Positions 1 through 7,581 of a stretch of 34,985 nucleotides of DNA are shown here, piece by piece. The position numbers and the translations under genes were made by a program. This stretch comes from Acidimicrobiales bacterium. GTDB lineage: Bacteria > Actinomycetota > Acidimicrobiia > Acidimicrobiales > JACDCH01. The notes below the pieces were generated by a model, which saw only the letters and a list, made by a program, of their open reading frames with translations, was not told the DNA's origin and made no database searches. The stretch lies in the NCBI GenBank assembly GCA_035937605.1, contig DASZHU010000146.1:1-34985 (forward strand), written 5' to 3'. The stretch's first letter is position 1; every line of letters begins with the position of its first letter.

Positions 1-1
1 C

Positions 2-322
2 GATCTGCGGCTCGCTGTCACGGAGGCCTTCGCGAATGCCATCGACGCCGAACGCCGCAAGCCCGACGCCGAGCGTCGTGCCGTCGTGGTGCGCTGCGAT
101 CTCGATCCGGACTACGTGGCCGTCGAAGTTCACGACGAAGCAGGTGGATTCGATCCCGCCGCGCTGACGCCGCATCCGGATGTCACCAAGCCTGCGCGGT
201 TGCAGTTCGAGCGCGGGCTCGGGATCCCCCTCATGCGCGAGCTGACCGATCAGCTCGAGTTCCGGCCCGAGGGCGGCGGCACCACCGTCCGCCTCGTGCT
301 CACGTCGCACCTGCGCGGCTGA
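2..322 (+). CDS. GHKL/HATPase-type anti-sigma regulatory factor (RsbW-like Ser kinase), C-terminal part; 5' end lies outside the window
   Basis: The frame of ORF 86..322 stays open back to the window edge. It reads DLRLAVTEAFANAI...VVVRCDLDPDYVAVEVHDEAGGFDP...GLGIPLMRELTDQLEF..GGGTTVRLV, the usual block order of actinobacterial anti-sigma kinases. Confidence 0.7.
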   Translation, partial: DLRLAVTEAFANAIDAERRKPDAERRAVVVRCDLDPDYVAVEVHDEAGGFDPAALTPHPDVTKPARLQFERGLGIPLMRELTDQLEFRPEGGGTTVRLVLTSHLRG

Positions 323-340
323 CCGCCTCGAGTCAGGCGG
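323..340. terminator. Short GC hairpin between convergent stop codons (CCGCCT-cgagtc-AGGCGG)
   Basis: A 6-bp inverted repeat at 323-328/335-340 lies between the TGA at 320-322 (+ gene) and the stop at 333-335 (- gene). There is no U-tract. Candidate bidirectional terminator only. Confidence 0.3.
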
Positions 341-1544
341 GCTCGTGCTTGCGGAGCTCCCGCCGCGCCACCGTCAGACGATGGACCTCATCGGGGCCGT
401 CGGCGAGTCGGAGTGTCCGGAGGTGGGCGTAGAGCGACGACAGCCCGAAGTCGTCGCCGATGCCGGCGGCGCCATGGGCCTGGATGGCGTGGTCGACGAT
501 GTCGAGGGCCATCTGCGGCACGGCCACCTTGATACCCGAGATCTCGGTGCGCGCCGCCTTGTTGCCCTCCTTGTCCATGAGCCACGCGGTGTAGAGGGTG
601 TACAGGCGGGATTGGTCGATGTTGATGCGCGCGTCGGCGATCCACGTCTGGATCACGCCCTGCTCGGCGAGCTGCTTGCCGAAGGCCGTGCGCGTCGTGA
701 CGCGCTGGCACAGCATGTCGAGGGCGCGCTCGGCCGCGCCGATCGTGCGCATGCAGTGATGGATCCGGCCGGGGCCCAAGCGCGCCTGCGCGATCGCGAA
801 CCCGCCGCCTTGCTCGCCGAGCAGGTTCGTCTTGGGCACGCGCACGTTCTCGAACAGCAACTCGCAGTGGCCTTCCACGTCCTGGTAGCCGAACACGGGG
901 AGCGATCGCACGTTGGTGACGCCCGGTGTGTCCATCGGCACGAGCACCATCGACTGCTGGAGATGGCGCGGACCGCTGGGGTCGGTCTTGCCCATGACGA
1001 TCAGGATCTTGCAGCGCCTGCTCGCCGCACCCGAGATCCACCACTTGCGACCGTTGATGATGTAGTCGTCGCCGTCGGATTCGATGCGACACTCGATGTT
1101 CGTCGCATCGGACGACGCCACCGCCGGCTCGGTCATCGCGAACGCCGATCGGATCTCGCCCTCGAGCAACGGATGCAGCCATTGCTCCTGCTGTTCGGGC
1201 GTGCCGAACATGGTCAGGATCTCCATGTTGCCGGTGTCGGGCGCCGCACAGTTCGTTCCCTCCGACGCGAGGCTCGACCTCCCCATCACCTCGGCGAGCG
1301 GCGCATAGTCGAGGTTGGAGAGCCCGTCGGTCCACTGCGTCTTGTGCGGGAGGAACAGGTTCCACAAACCGCGCCGCTTCGCCTCCGCCTTCAACTCCTC
1401 CATCACCGGCGGGTGGAAGTGCGGATCGCCGGACTCCTCCAACTGCGTCCCGTAGACCGGTTCGGCCGGATACACCTTCTCGTTCATGAAGGCGAGCAGG
1501 TCATCTCGCAGCCGTGACGCGGTATCCGACAGGGCGAAGTCCAT
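333..1544 (-). CDS. Acyl-CoA dehydrogenase (FadE2 / ACAD10-11-like)
   Basis: 403-aa ORF carrying the ACAD blocks [31 protein letters not shown] and [11 protein letters not shown]. The + strand ORF 345..1517 is its Arg/Ala-rich shadow. Confidence 0.9.
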   Translation of the reverse strand: MDFALSDTASRLRDDLLAFMNEKVYPAEPVYGTQLEESGDPHFHPPVMEELKAEAKRRGLWNLFLPHKTQWTDGLSNLDYAPLAEVMGRSSLASEGTNCAAPDTGNMEILTMFGTPEQQEQWLHPLLEGEIRSAFAMTEPAVASSDATNIECRIESDGDDYIINGRKWWISGAASRRCKILIVMGKTDPSGPRHLQQSMVLVPMDTPGVTNVRSLPVFGYQDVEGHCELLFENVRVPKTNLLGEQGGGFAIAQARLGPGRIHHCMRTIGAAERALDMLCQRVTTRTAFGKQLAEQGVIQTWIADARINIDQSRLYTLYTAWLMDKEGNKAARTEISGIKVAVPQMALDIVDHAIQAHGAAGIGDDFGLSSLYAHLRTLRLADGPDEVHRLTVARRELRKHEPA

Positions 1545-1568
1545 GAGCCGGACACTACGTTGCTTTTC

Positions 1569-2261
1569 ATGTCGGTCTCATTCGAACGTGACGGTGCCGT
1601 AGCGGTCATCTCGGTCGACGACGGCAAGGCAAACGCGTACTCGCCCGACGTCCTGTCCGCGATGAGCGACGCGTTCGACAAGGCGCACGACGACGCCGTG
1701 GGCGCCGTGCTGTTGCAGGGCCGTCCCGGACGGTTCTCCGCTGGGTTCGACCTGTCGATCATGACCTCGAGCACCGATGCGATGCGCGACCTCGTCACGC
1801 AGGGCGCCGAGTTGTTGCTGAAGATCTTCACGCATCCCACGCCGGTGGTCACCGCGTGCACCGGTCACGCGTTGGCCGCCGGCGCGCTGGTGCTGCTCGC
1901 GAGTGACGTACGCGTCGGCGCGGAGGGTGAATTCAAGATCGGCCTCAACGAGGTGGCGATCGGCATGCCGCTGCCGATCTTCGCCGTGGAGTTCGCGCGC
2001 TATCGCATGCCGCCCTCCGCATTCGACAGCGCGCTGTTGGGCGAGGTGTTCGGCCCTGCCGACGCGGTGCGGGCCGGCTACCTCGACCGCGCGAGCACCG
2101 ACGTGCTCCGTGACGCGGCCGCGATCGCGCAGCGCCTGTCTGGGCTACGCCGCGGCGCCGTCGCCCGCACGAAGGAGCATGCCCGTGCCGCGCTCGCCCT
2201 GCGAATCACCGAGACGCTCTACGCCGACATGGCCACGCTGGCCGGGCCCACACCACCCTGA
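1569..2261 (+). CDS. Enoyl-CoA hydratase/isomerase (crotonase) family protein
   Basis: Contains [23 protein letters not shown] (oxyanion-hole block) and [23 protein letters not shown] 1569 is preferred over the TTG at 1560. It is divergent from the acyl-CoA dehydrogenase. Confidence 0.85.
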   Translation: MSVSFERDGAVAVISVDDGKANAYSPDVLSAMSDAFDKAHDDAVGAVLLQGRPGRFSAGFDLSIMTSSTDAMRDLVTQGAELLLKIFTHPTPVVTACTGHALAAGALVLLASDVRVGAEGEFKIGLNEVAIGMPLPIFAVEFARYRMPPSAFDSALLGEVFGPADAVRAGYLDRASTDVLRDAAAIAQRLSGLRRGAVARTKEHARAALALRITETLYADMATLAGPTPP

Positions 2262-2307
2262 AACCCACTCAGCAACATGAAGAGGTGGATCCCTGAGCGC
2301 GCAGTTC

Positions 2308-3786
2308 TCAGCTGACGTCCATGAGCATGCCTTCGCACGTGCGGATGAGCACACGCGAGGCATCGGCCGCTTCTCGGCTCGACAGCGGGTTCTCGGCGCG
2401 GCGCTGCCACCGGCCGATCGCGTTCTGGAGCGCGACTCGGATGTCGCCCGGCGTCGCGCCCGGATCGAGCCCGAGTCTCGTCGTCGGCGACGAACCCTCG
2501 GCTCCGAGCATCCGCTCCATCTCCTCGCACTCGGCGGGCTTCACACCCTTCACCACTCCCGCCCGGAGCGCGTTGAGGAGCCGCACCTCTGCAAACTCGT
2601 GCGCCCCGGCGGTGACACGCTCGAGCTCTGACGCAAGCTCGTCGGCGCCGGCAACGGGGTGATCGCGAACGACAGCCTCGAGCGCGAGCAGCGCGGACCG
2701 CGACTTCAGCACGTCGCGACGCGACGCGAACTGGGACAGGAGCACCTGCTTCAACTCCACAAGCCCACTGCGCAGCACGAGCTCGTTCGCCAGCTGGCTC
2801 GACGTCGTCACCGCACCCTGACGGATCAACGCCGCGGCGAGGCGCACGCCGAACAGCCCGAACCGATCGAGAAGGTGCTCGCGCTCCATCGAGGTCAGTG
2901 CGATCTGCGTCGGCGCTTGCACGAACCGATCGGTCGAGAGGAAGAGCCGATCGGCCTCGTCCTGTGGCGCGGTCGCGATCGTGTACAGCGCCTTGAACTC
3001 AGCCTCGCGCAGTGTCGAACCCGACTGCGCCAGGAGTCCGGCCACCGGCACCACGGTCTGGCAGAGGCGACGGACCTTGGCGTCGTGCTTGTAGCGCGTG
3101 GCGATGCGCGACGCGGACGCCATCGAGTCGAGTCGCCCCACGCCGATCTCGTCCGCCCGCGAGAGCACGGCGATCGCGTTCACCGGTGTTGCCTGCGCGA
3201 CCTCCTGGTCGTGGAACGCCTCCAGAAAGCCGATGTCGGTGGTGTGCAGGTGCCGCATCAGGTACAGCACCGCGTCGGCGGGAGTCACCTGGTCCTCGCC
3301 CGGGGTGAGGAACGCCTGGGCACGCGCCGAAACGTCGATCGACAGTGATGCGATGCCGGGTGTGTCGATCAGCGTGATCGCCCGCAACGACGACGACGGC
3401 CACTCAACCTCCAGCCGGTCGACCGTCTCGACCGGCGTGCCTTGCAGGTCGATGTCGATCGCGCCGGCATCACGCGAGAACGGCACCTGCCGGGGCTCGC
3501 CTTCCTTCGGGTGCATCATCACCCGGTACGTGATGCCGTCGCGGTACCACGTGACGATCTTCGAGCACTCGCCGGCGTCGGTCGGCGCCAGCTCTTCGCC
3601 GACAAGGGCGTTGAGCAGCGTCGACTTCCCCGCCTTCACCTTGCCCGCGATCGCGACACGGAGCGGCTCGTCGAGGCGCGCACGCTCGGCTTCGAGTTGC
3701 GCGCCCTGTGGCGTGTCGCGGTACACGCTGGTGGAGCGCGTCAGCAGGCCCCGCACCTCGTCGAGCAGCGTCGGGCGACGAGCCAC
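2308..3786 (-). CDS. Bacterial dynamin-like GTPase, IniC-like (492 aa)
   Basis: P-loop AIAGKVKAGKSTLLNALVG and G3 motif LIDTPGIAS, followed by a long helical stalk. No hydrophobic segment. Its GTG start shares one nucleotide with the upstream gene's TAG (TAGTG at 3786). Confidence 0.85.
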   Translation of the reverse strand: MARRPTLLDEVRGLLTRSTSVYRDTPQGAQLEAERARLDEPLRVAIAGKVKAGKSTLLNALVGEELAPTDAGECSKIVTWYRDGITYRVMMHPKEGEPRQVPFSRDAGAIDIDLQGTPVETVDRLEVEWPSSSLRAITLIDTPGIASLSIDVSARAQAFLTPGEDQVTPADAVLYLMRHLHTTDIGFLEAFHDQEVAQATPVNAIAVLSRADEIGVGRLDSMASASRIATRYKHDAKVRRLCQTVVPVAGLLAQSGSTLREAEFKALYTIATAPQDEADRLFLSTDRFVQAPTQIALTSMEREHLLDRFGLFGVRLAAALIRQGAVTTSSQLANELVLRSGLVELKQVLLSQFASRRDVLKSRSALLALEAVVRDHPVAGADELASELERVTAGAHEFAEVRLLNALRAGVVKGVKPAECEEMERMLGAEGSSPTTRLGLDPGATPGDIRVALQNAIGRWQRRAENPLSSREAADASRVLIRTCEGMLMDVS

Positions 3787-5639
3787 TACGACGCCTCGCT
3801 CGCGAGATCAGGTGCGAGCGACAACACCTCGTCGCGCAAACCTCGGATCCGCGCGATCTCCGCTTCGACGTCGGGCAGGCGCTTCGCCCGAGTCTTGGCG
3901 TCGGTGTCGACCGCGACCTGCGCCTTGTGCAGGGCTTCGGTGGTCGACCGATAGAGCTCCTCGGCCCGCGTCGTGAACTGATCTCGCAGCTGCCGCTGGA
4001 TACGACGCACTGTGTCACGTGCGTCCTTGCCGACCTGGAAGGCCAGCTCGTCGGTGTACTTGCGGTGCGCGTTCTTGGCTTGCGCCCGTCGTTGCGCGAG
4101 CGCGCGGTTCTTCTCGTCGCGGTAGGCCTTCCCACCGAAGATGATGCCGGCGACGACGCCGACGGGGTTGATCAACGCGAGACCGACCATCTGGCCAAAC
4201 ATGCCGAACATGAGCGCGCCGCCGTACGACGATCGCAGCGTGCTCATGCCGGTGCTCAAACCGTCGCCCTCCTGCAGCTCCACGTCGGCCGACGCCTCGA
4301 CCGCCTTCAACAGCTCGGAGGGGTTGGGGACGTCGAGCTGCACCGCGATCTCATTGCCGTCGATCGAGAACAGCTCGGACACCCGCGCCGCGATCTCGCC
4401 GGCCCGTCGCTGCATCATCGTGTAGTTGGCGACGACGTGGTCCGCCGCTTGTCGGTAGAGCCACGGCTCGAACTCCTCCCACGAGTCCGCCGGGTCGCTC
4501 TGGTCGAGTGCATCATCCGCGTCCTTGGTGAGCTGCCGGAGCCGCGAGCGAAGGTCGTGGTCGACGTCGGTCAGGAGGTCCATGAACCCGTCGTTCAGCG
4601 TGACCTGCCAACGCGCCGCCGTGCTGCGGAGCCGATCACCCTGGTCGGTGGCGATCTCGAGCTGGTGGACCAATTCCGATGCACGGTTCGGGTCGGCGAG
4701 CGCGCTGCGTTCCGACGCGAACTGGCTCTCGAGCTGCGTGACGACCGACAGCATCTCGGCCGCGGCGGTGCGCACCACGAGGCTCTCGCGCTTGCCCACG
4801 ATCTCGACGCCGAGGTACTGCTCGAGCGGGCCGAACCCCGACTCGGCATCGAGTGCGGCGTCGCTCGTCTCTTGCGACAGACGCCGGAGCGCGGACGACA
4901 GTTCGAGCACGGGAACCTCGACGTTTGCCGCGGCGAGATGACCCTGGTCGAGATCGACGATCTTGCGCCACGAGGGATAGAAGTCGATCTTCGTGATCAC
5001 GCAGCCGACGTTCGGGCACAACGACCGGGCGGTCTGCAGGAAGTCGAGCTCAGGTCGCGTGTACTCCTGCGACGCGTCGCTGACGAACAGCACGGCGTCG
5101 GCCATCGGCAGCGCGCCGATGGTGATCGCCGAGTGCGTCGATCCGAGACCTCCGACTCCCGGCGTGTCGACGAGGACGAGCCCCGGCTCGAGGAGGGGTG
5201 AGGGCACGCCGACATCGACGGACTCGATCCGCCTCCGGTTGTCCGGATTGGCCGCTTCGGTCACGTACTGCGCGACCTCGTCGAACGGCACCTGCTCGAT
5301 CGTCGACACCGAGCCCTCGGGTGCGTCGTCCGGCGGGCTGACGGTCGCAGTCGCGTTCGCCGCGAGCGCGTGATGCAGCTTGGTCGGCACGGCGGTAGCG
5401 ACGTCGTCGTCGACCGGGCACACGTCGAACCCCAGCAGGGCGTTGATCAGCGAGCTTTTGCCCTGTTTGAACTCGCCGACCACGAGCACGTGGAAGAGCG
5501 GATCGACGAGCCGAGCGCGGGTCTGGGCGAGGCGCTCCGACAGATCGGCGCGCTGGTAGGCGTCTGCCGCAGACGCGCAGATCTCGAGGATCGAGGTCGC
5601 CGCCTCGCGTGCCGGTGCCCCACGCTCCACCTGACTCAT
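3786..5639 (-). CDS. Bacterial dynamin-like GTPase, IniA-like (617 aa) with a membrane-insertion paddle
   Basis: P-loop VVGEFKQGKSSLINALLG and G3 motif LVDTPGVGG. A hydrophobic hairpin GGALMFGMFGQMVGLALINPVGVVAGIIFGG sits near the C-terminal third. Size and gene order match the IniA-then-IniC arrangement. Confidence 0.85.
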   Translation of the reverse strand: MSQVERGAPAREAATSILEICASAADAYQRADLSERLAQTRARLVDPLFHVLVVGEFKQGKSSLINALLGFDVCPVDDDVATAVPTKLHHALAANATATVSPPDDAPEGSVSTIEQVPFDEVAQYVTEAANPDNRRRIESVDVGVPSPLLEPGLVLVDTPGVGGLGSTHSAITIGALPMADAVLFVSDASQEYTRPELDFLQTARSLCPNVGCVITKIDFYPSWRKIVDLDQGHLAAANVEVPVLELSSALRRLSQETSDAALDAESGFGPLEQYLGVEIVGKRESLVVRTAAAEMLSVVTQLESQFASERSALADPNRASELVHQLEIATDQGDRLRSTAARWQVTLNDGFMDLLTDVDHDLRSRLRQLTKDADDALDQSDPADSWEEFEPWLYRQAADHVVANYTMMQRRAGEIAARVSELFSIDGNEIAVQLDVPNPSELLKAVEASADVELQEGDGLSTGMSTLRSSYGGALMFGMFGQMVGLALINPVGVVAGIIFGGKAYRDEKNRALAQRRAQAKNAHRKYTDELAFQVGKDARDTVRRIQRQLRDQFTTRAEELYRSTTEALHKAQVAVDTDAKTRAKRLPDVEAEIARIRGLRDEVLSLAPDLASEAS

Positions 5640-5662
5640 GTGAACCGCATCCTAAGGTTGCC

Positions 5663-7552
5663 GTGGTGGCGTGGGTGTTGGGTGTCGATCTGGGCACGAC
5701 CTTCACGGCCGCGGCCGTGTGGCGAGACGGGCGCGCCGAAATCATCACGCTGGGCACGCACACCGCGGCCATCCCGTCGGTCGTCTTCTACCGCGACGAC
5801 GGCAGCACGATCTCCGGTGACGCTGCGGAGCATCGTTCGGTCACCGAACCGGAGCGGGTCGCGCGCGAGTTCAAGCGTCGCGTCGGCGACACCACACCGC
5901 TCCTCGTCGGTGGCGCGCCTCGCTCGCCGGAGGCGCTCATGGCCGTGCTCTTGCGCGACGTCGTGCGCGACTCGGTCAGCCAGGAGGGGTCGCGCCCCGA
6001 CCGCATCGCCATCACCCATCCGGCGAGCTGGGGTCCGTACAAGCTCGACGTACTGCGCCAAGCCATCCGGCTCGCGGAGCTCGGCACCGAGACCGAGCTC
6101 GTTCCCGAGCCGGTCGCGGCGGCGGTGCACTACGCGACGCTGCAACGGGTGGAGATGCATGACTTCGTGGCCGTGTACGACCTTGGTGGCGGCACGTTCG
6201 ACGCCGCCGTCGTGCGGCGCACCGCGGACGGCTTCGAGCTCTACGGCCAACCGGAAGGAATCGAACGTTTGGGGGGCATCGATGTCGATGCGGCCGTGTT
6301 CGGTCACGTCCAGACGTCGCTCGGTCTCAAGCTCGACACCCTCGACCGTGACGATCCTGCGGTGGTGTCGGCGTTCGCGCGGCTGCGGGCCGACTGCGTC
6401 ACCGCGAAGGAGACGCTGTCGGCCGACACCGACGCGGTCATTCCGGTGATCCTTCCCGGTCTGTCGACCGAGGTGCGCATCACACGCGGCGAGCTCGAGT
6501 CGATGATCCGGCCGGCGATCACCGACACGCTCTCCGCGCTGCGCAGGGCGATCGCGTCGGGCGGACTCGTGCCAGAGCACGTGGAGCGGGTCCTGCTCGT
6601 CGGTGGGTCGTCGCGCATCCCACTGGTGGCCGAGATGGTCACGGCCGACCTCGGCCGGCCCATCGCGCTCGACACCCATCCAAAGCACGCGGTTGCACTC
6701 GGCGCGGCCACGATCGCCTCGCCCAAACCCGTTCCCGTCACGCCGGCGTCGCCGCCCCCGCCTCCGATCGTCCCGGTGGCCGCTCCCGTCGCGCCGGCGG
6801 GCCCACCACCGATGCCGCCGGCTGCTCCGGTTCCGGTCGTCGCGCCGGCACCTGGTCCACCCGGTCCACCCGGGCCACCCCGTCCCGCGACGCGGAAACG
6901 ATCTCCGGCGCTCGTCCCCGCGATCGTGGTCGTGGCGCTCGCCCTGCTCGTCGGCCTGTTCGCGATCACGAGATCGAGCGGCAACAACAAGAACGCATCC
7001 AGCTCGACCGCGACTTCCGGCACGTCGACGACCGACAGCTCCTCGAGCGACAGTTCGTCGACGAGCAGCTCCTCTACGGACAGCTCGTCGAGCTCGGACT
7101 TCCCGCTGTCCTCCGCCTCGTTCGGTGACACCGATGTGGAGGCGACGGCGTCGAATCTCATCCGCGTCTTCTTCACGTTCGACGACTCCAACGTCGACAC
7201 CCTCGCAGCTCGCACCCGCCCGCTGTCGACGGGCAAGTTCCTCGAACAGCTGAACGGCTTCAGCTCGGACTTCGTCAGCTCGGCGCAGAGCCAGCACGTG
7301 CACTCGAGCGGCAATGTCACCGCAGTGAAGTCGTTGGGTTTCGACGGCAGTCATGGCGAGGCTCTGGTGACAGCCGACGTGACGGTGACGAGCGACAACA
7401 GTGGCTCGCAGCTGAATACGTTCAAGCTGATCATGGCGCTCGACTCGGTCGCCGGTCACCTGCTCGTGTCCGACCTGGCCGAGTGCCCCGGATCGGCCGG
7501 CTTCACCGACTCGAGCTCCACGGCGCTGTCGAGCTTCTCGGGCTCTTGTTGA
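5663..7552 (+). CDS. Membrane-anchored Hsp70-family ATPase: nucleotide-binding domain only, then Pro-rich linker, TM helix, Ser-rich tract and Mam/SnoaL-like ectodomain
   Basis: Actin-fold motifs VDLGTTFT, YDLGGGTFD and LVGGSSRIP are present, but there is no DnaK substrate-binding domain. The Pro-rich tract is at about 6719-6890, the TM (ALVPAIVVVALALLVGLFAI) at about 6909-6970 and the Ser-rich tract at about 6990-7110. The C-terminal domain ends ...LVTADVTVTSDNSGSQLNTFKLIMALDSVAGHLLVSDL. The start is uncertain: GTG 5663 has AAGG 6 nt upstream, and ATG 5609 would overlap the divergent dynamin gene. Confidence 0.85.
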   Translation: MVAWVLGVDLGTTFTAAAVWRDGRAEIITLGTHTAAIPSVVFYRDDGSTISGDAAEHRSVTEPERVAREFKRRVGDTTPLLVGGAPRSPEALMAVLLRDVVRDSVSQEGSRPDRIAITHPASWGPYKLDVLRQAIRLAELGTETELVPEPVAAAVHYATLQRVEMHDFVAVYDLGGGTFDAAVVRRTADGFELYGQPEGIERLGGIDVDAAVFGHVQTSLGLKLDTLDRDDPAVVSAFARLRADCVTAKETLSADTDAVIPVILPGLSTEVRITRGELESMIRPAITDTLSALRRAIASGGLVPEHVERVLLVGGSSRIPLVAEMVTADLGRPIALDTHPKHAVALGAATIASPKPVPVTPASPPPPPIVPVAAPVAPAGPPPMPPAAPVPVVAPAPGPPGPPGPPRPATRKRSPALVPAIVVVALALLVGLFAITRSSGNNKNASSSTATSGTSTTDSSSSDSSSTSSSSTDSSSSSDFPLSSASFGDTDVEATASNLIRVFFTFDDSNVDTLAARTRPLSTGKFLEQLNGFSSDFVSSAQSQHVHSSGNVTAVKSLGFDGSHGEALVTADVTVTSDNSGSQLNTFKLIMALDSVAGHLLVSDLAECPGSAGFTDSSSTALSSFSGSC

Positions 7553-7581
7553 CAGCGGGGGTCCCGGCCTCGTAGGTCTGG

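Noticed and set aside
345-1517. 390-aa + strand ORF antisense to the acyl-CoA dehydrogenase. The same class includes 388..1365-, 5636..7459-, 7456..9258-, 14432..15523-, 21238..23058+, 23480..24868+, 25501..26649+, 26967..28295+ and 32409..33890-.
   Set aside because: Their Arg/Ala/Pro/Gly-dominated, motif-free translations are typical shadow ORFs of high-GC DNA. Each fully overlaps a gene with clear family motifs in another frame.
5609-5662. ATG 5609 as the start of the Hsp70-like gene
   Set aside because: It would add a Pro/His-rich 18-aa extension and overlap the divergent dynamin gene by 31 nt. GTG 5663 has an AAGG element upstream and leaves the conserved VLGVDLGTT block near the N-terminus, as in other Hsp70s. 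It is kept only as an alternative.
6719-7110. Pro-codon and Ser-codon DNA repeats in the Hsp70-like gene, considered as a possible CRISPR, VNTR or mobile repeat
   Set aside because: They are in frame and encode low-complexity protein linkers. They have no spacer-repeat periodicity.
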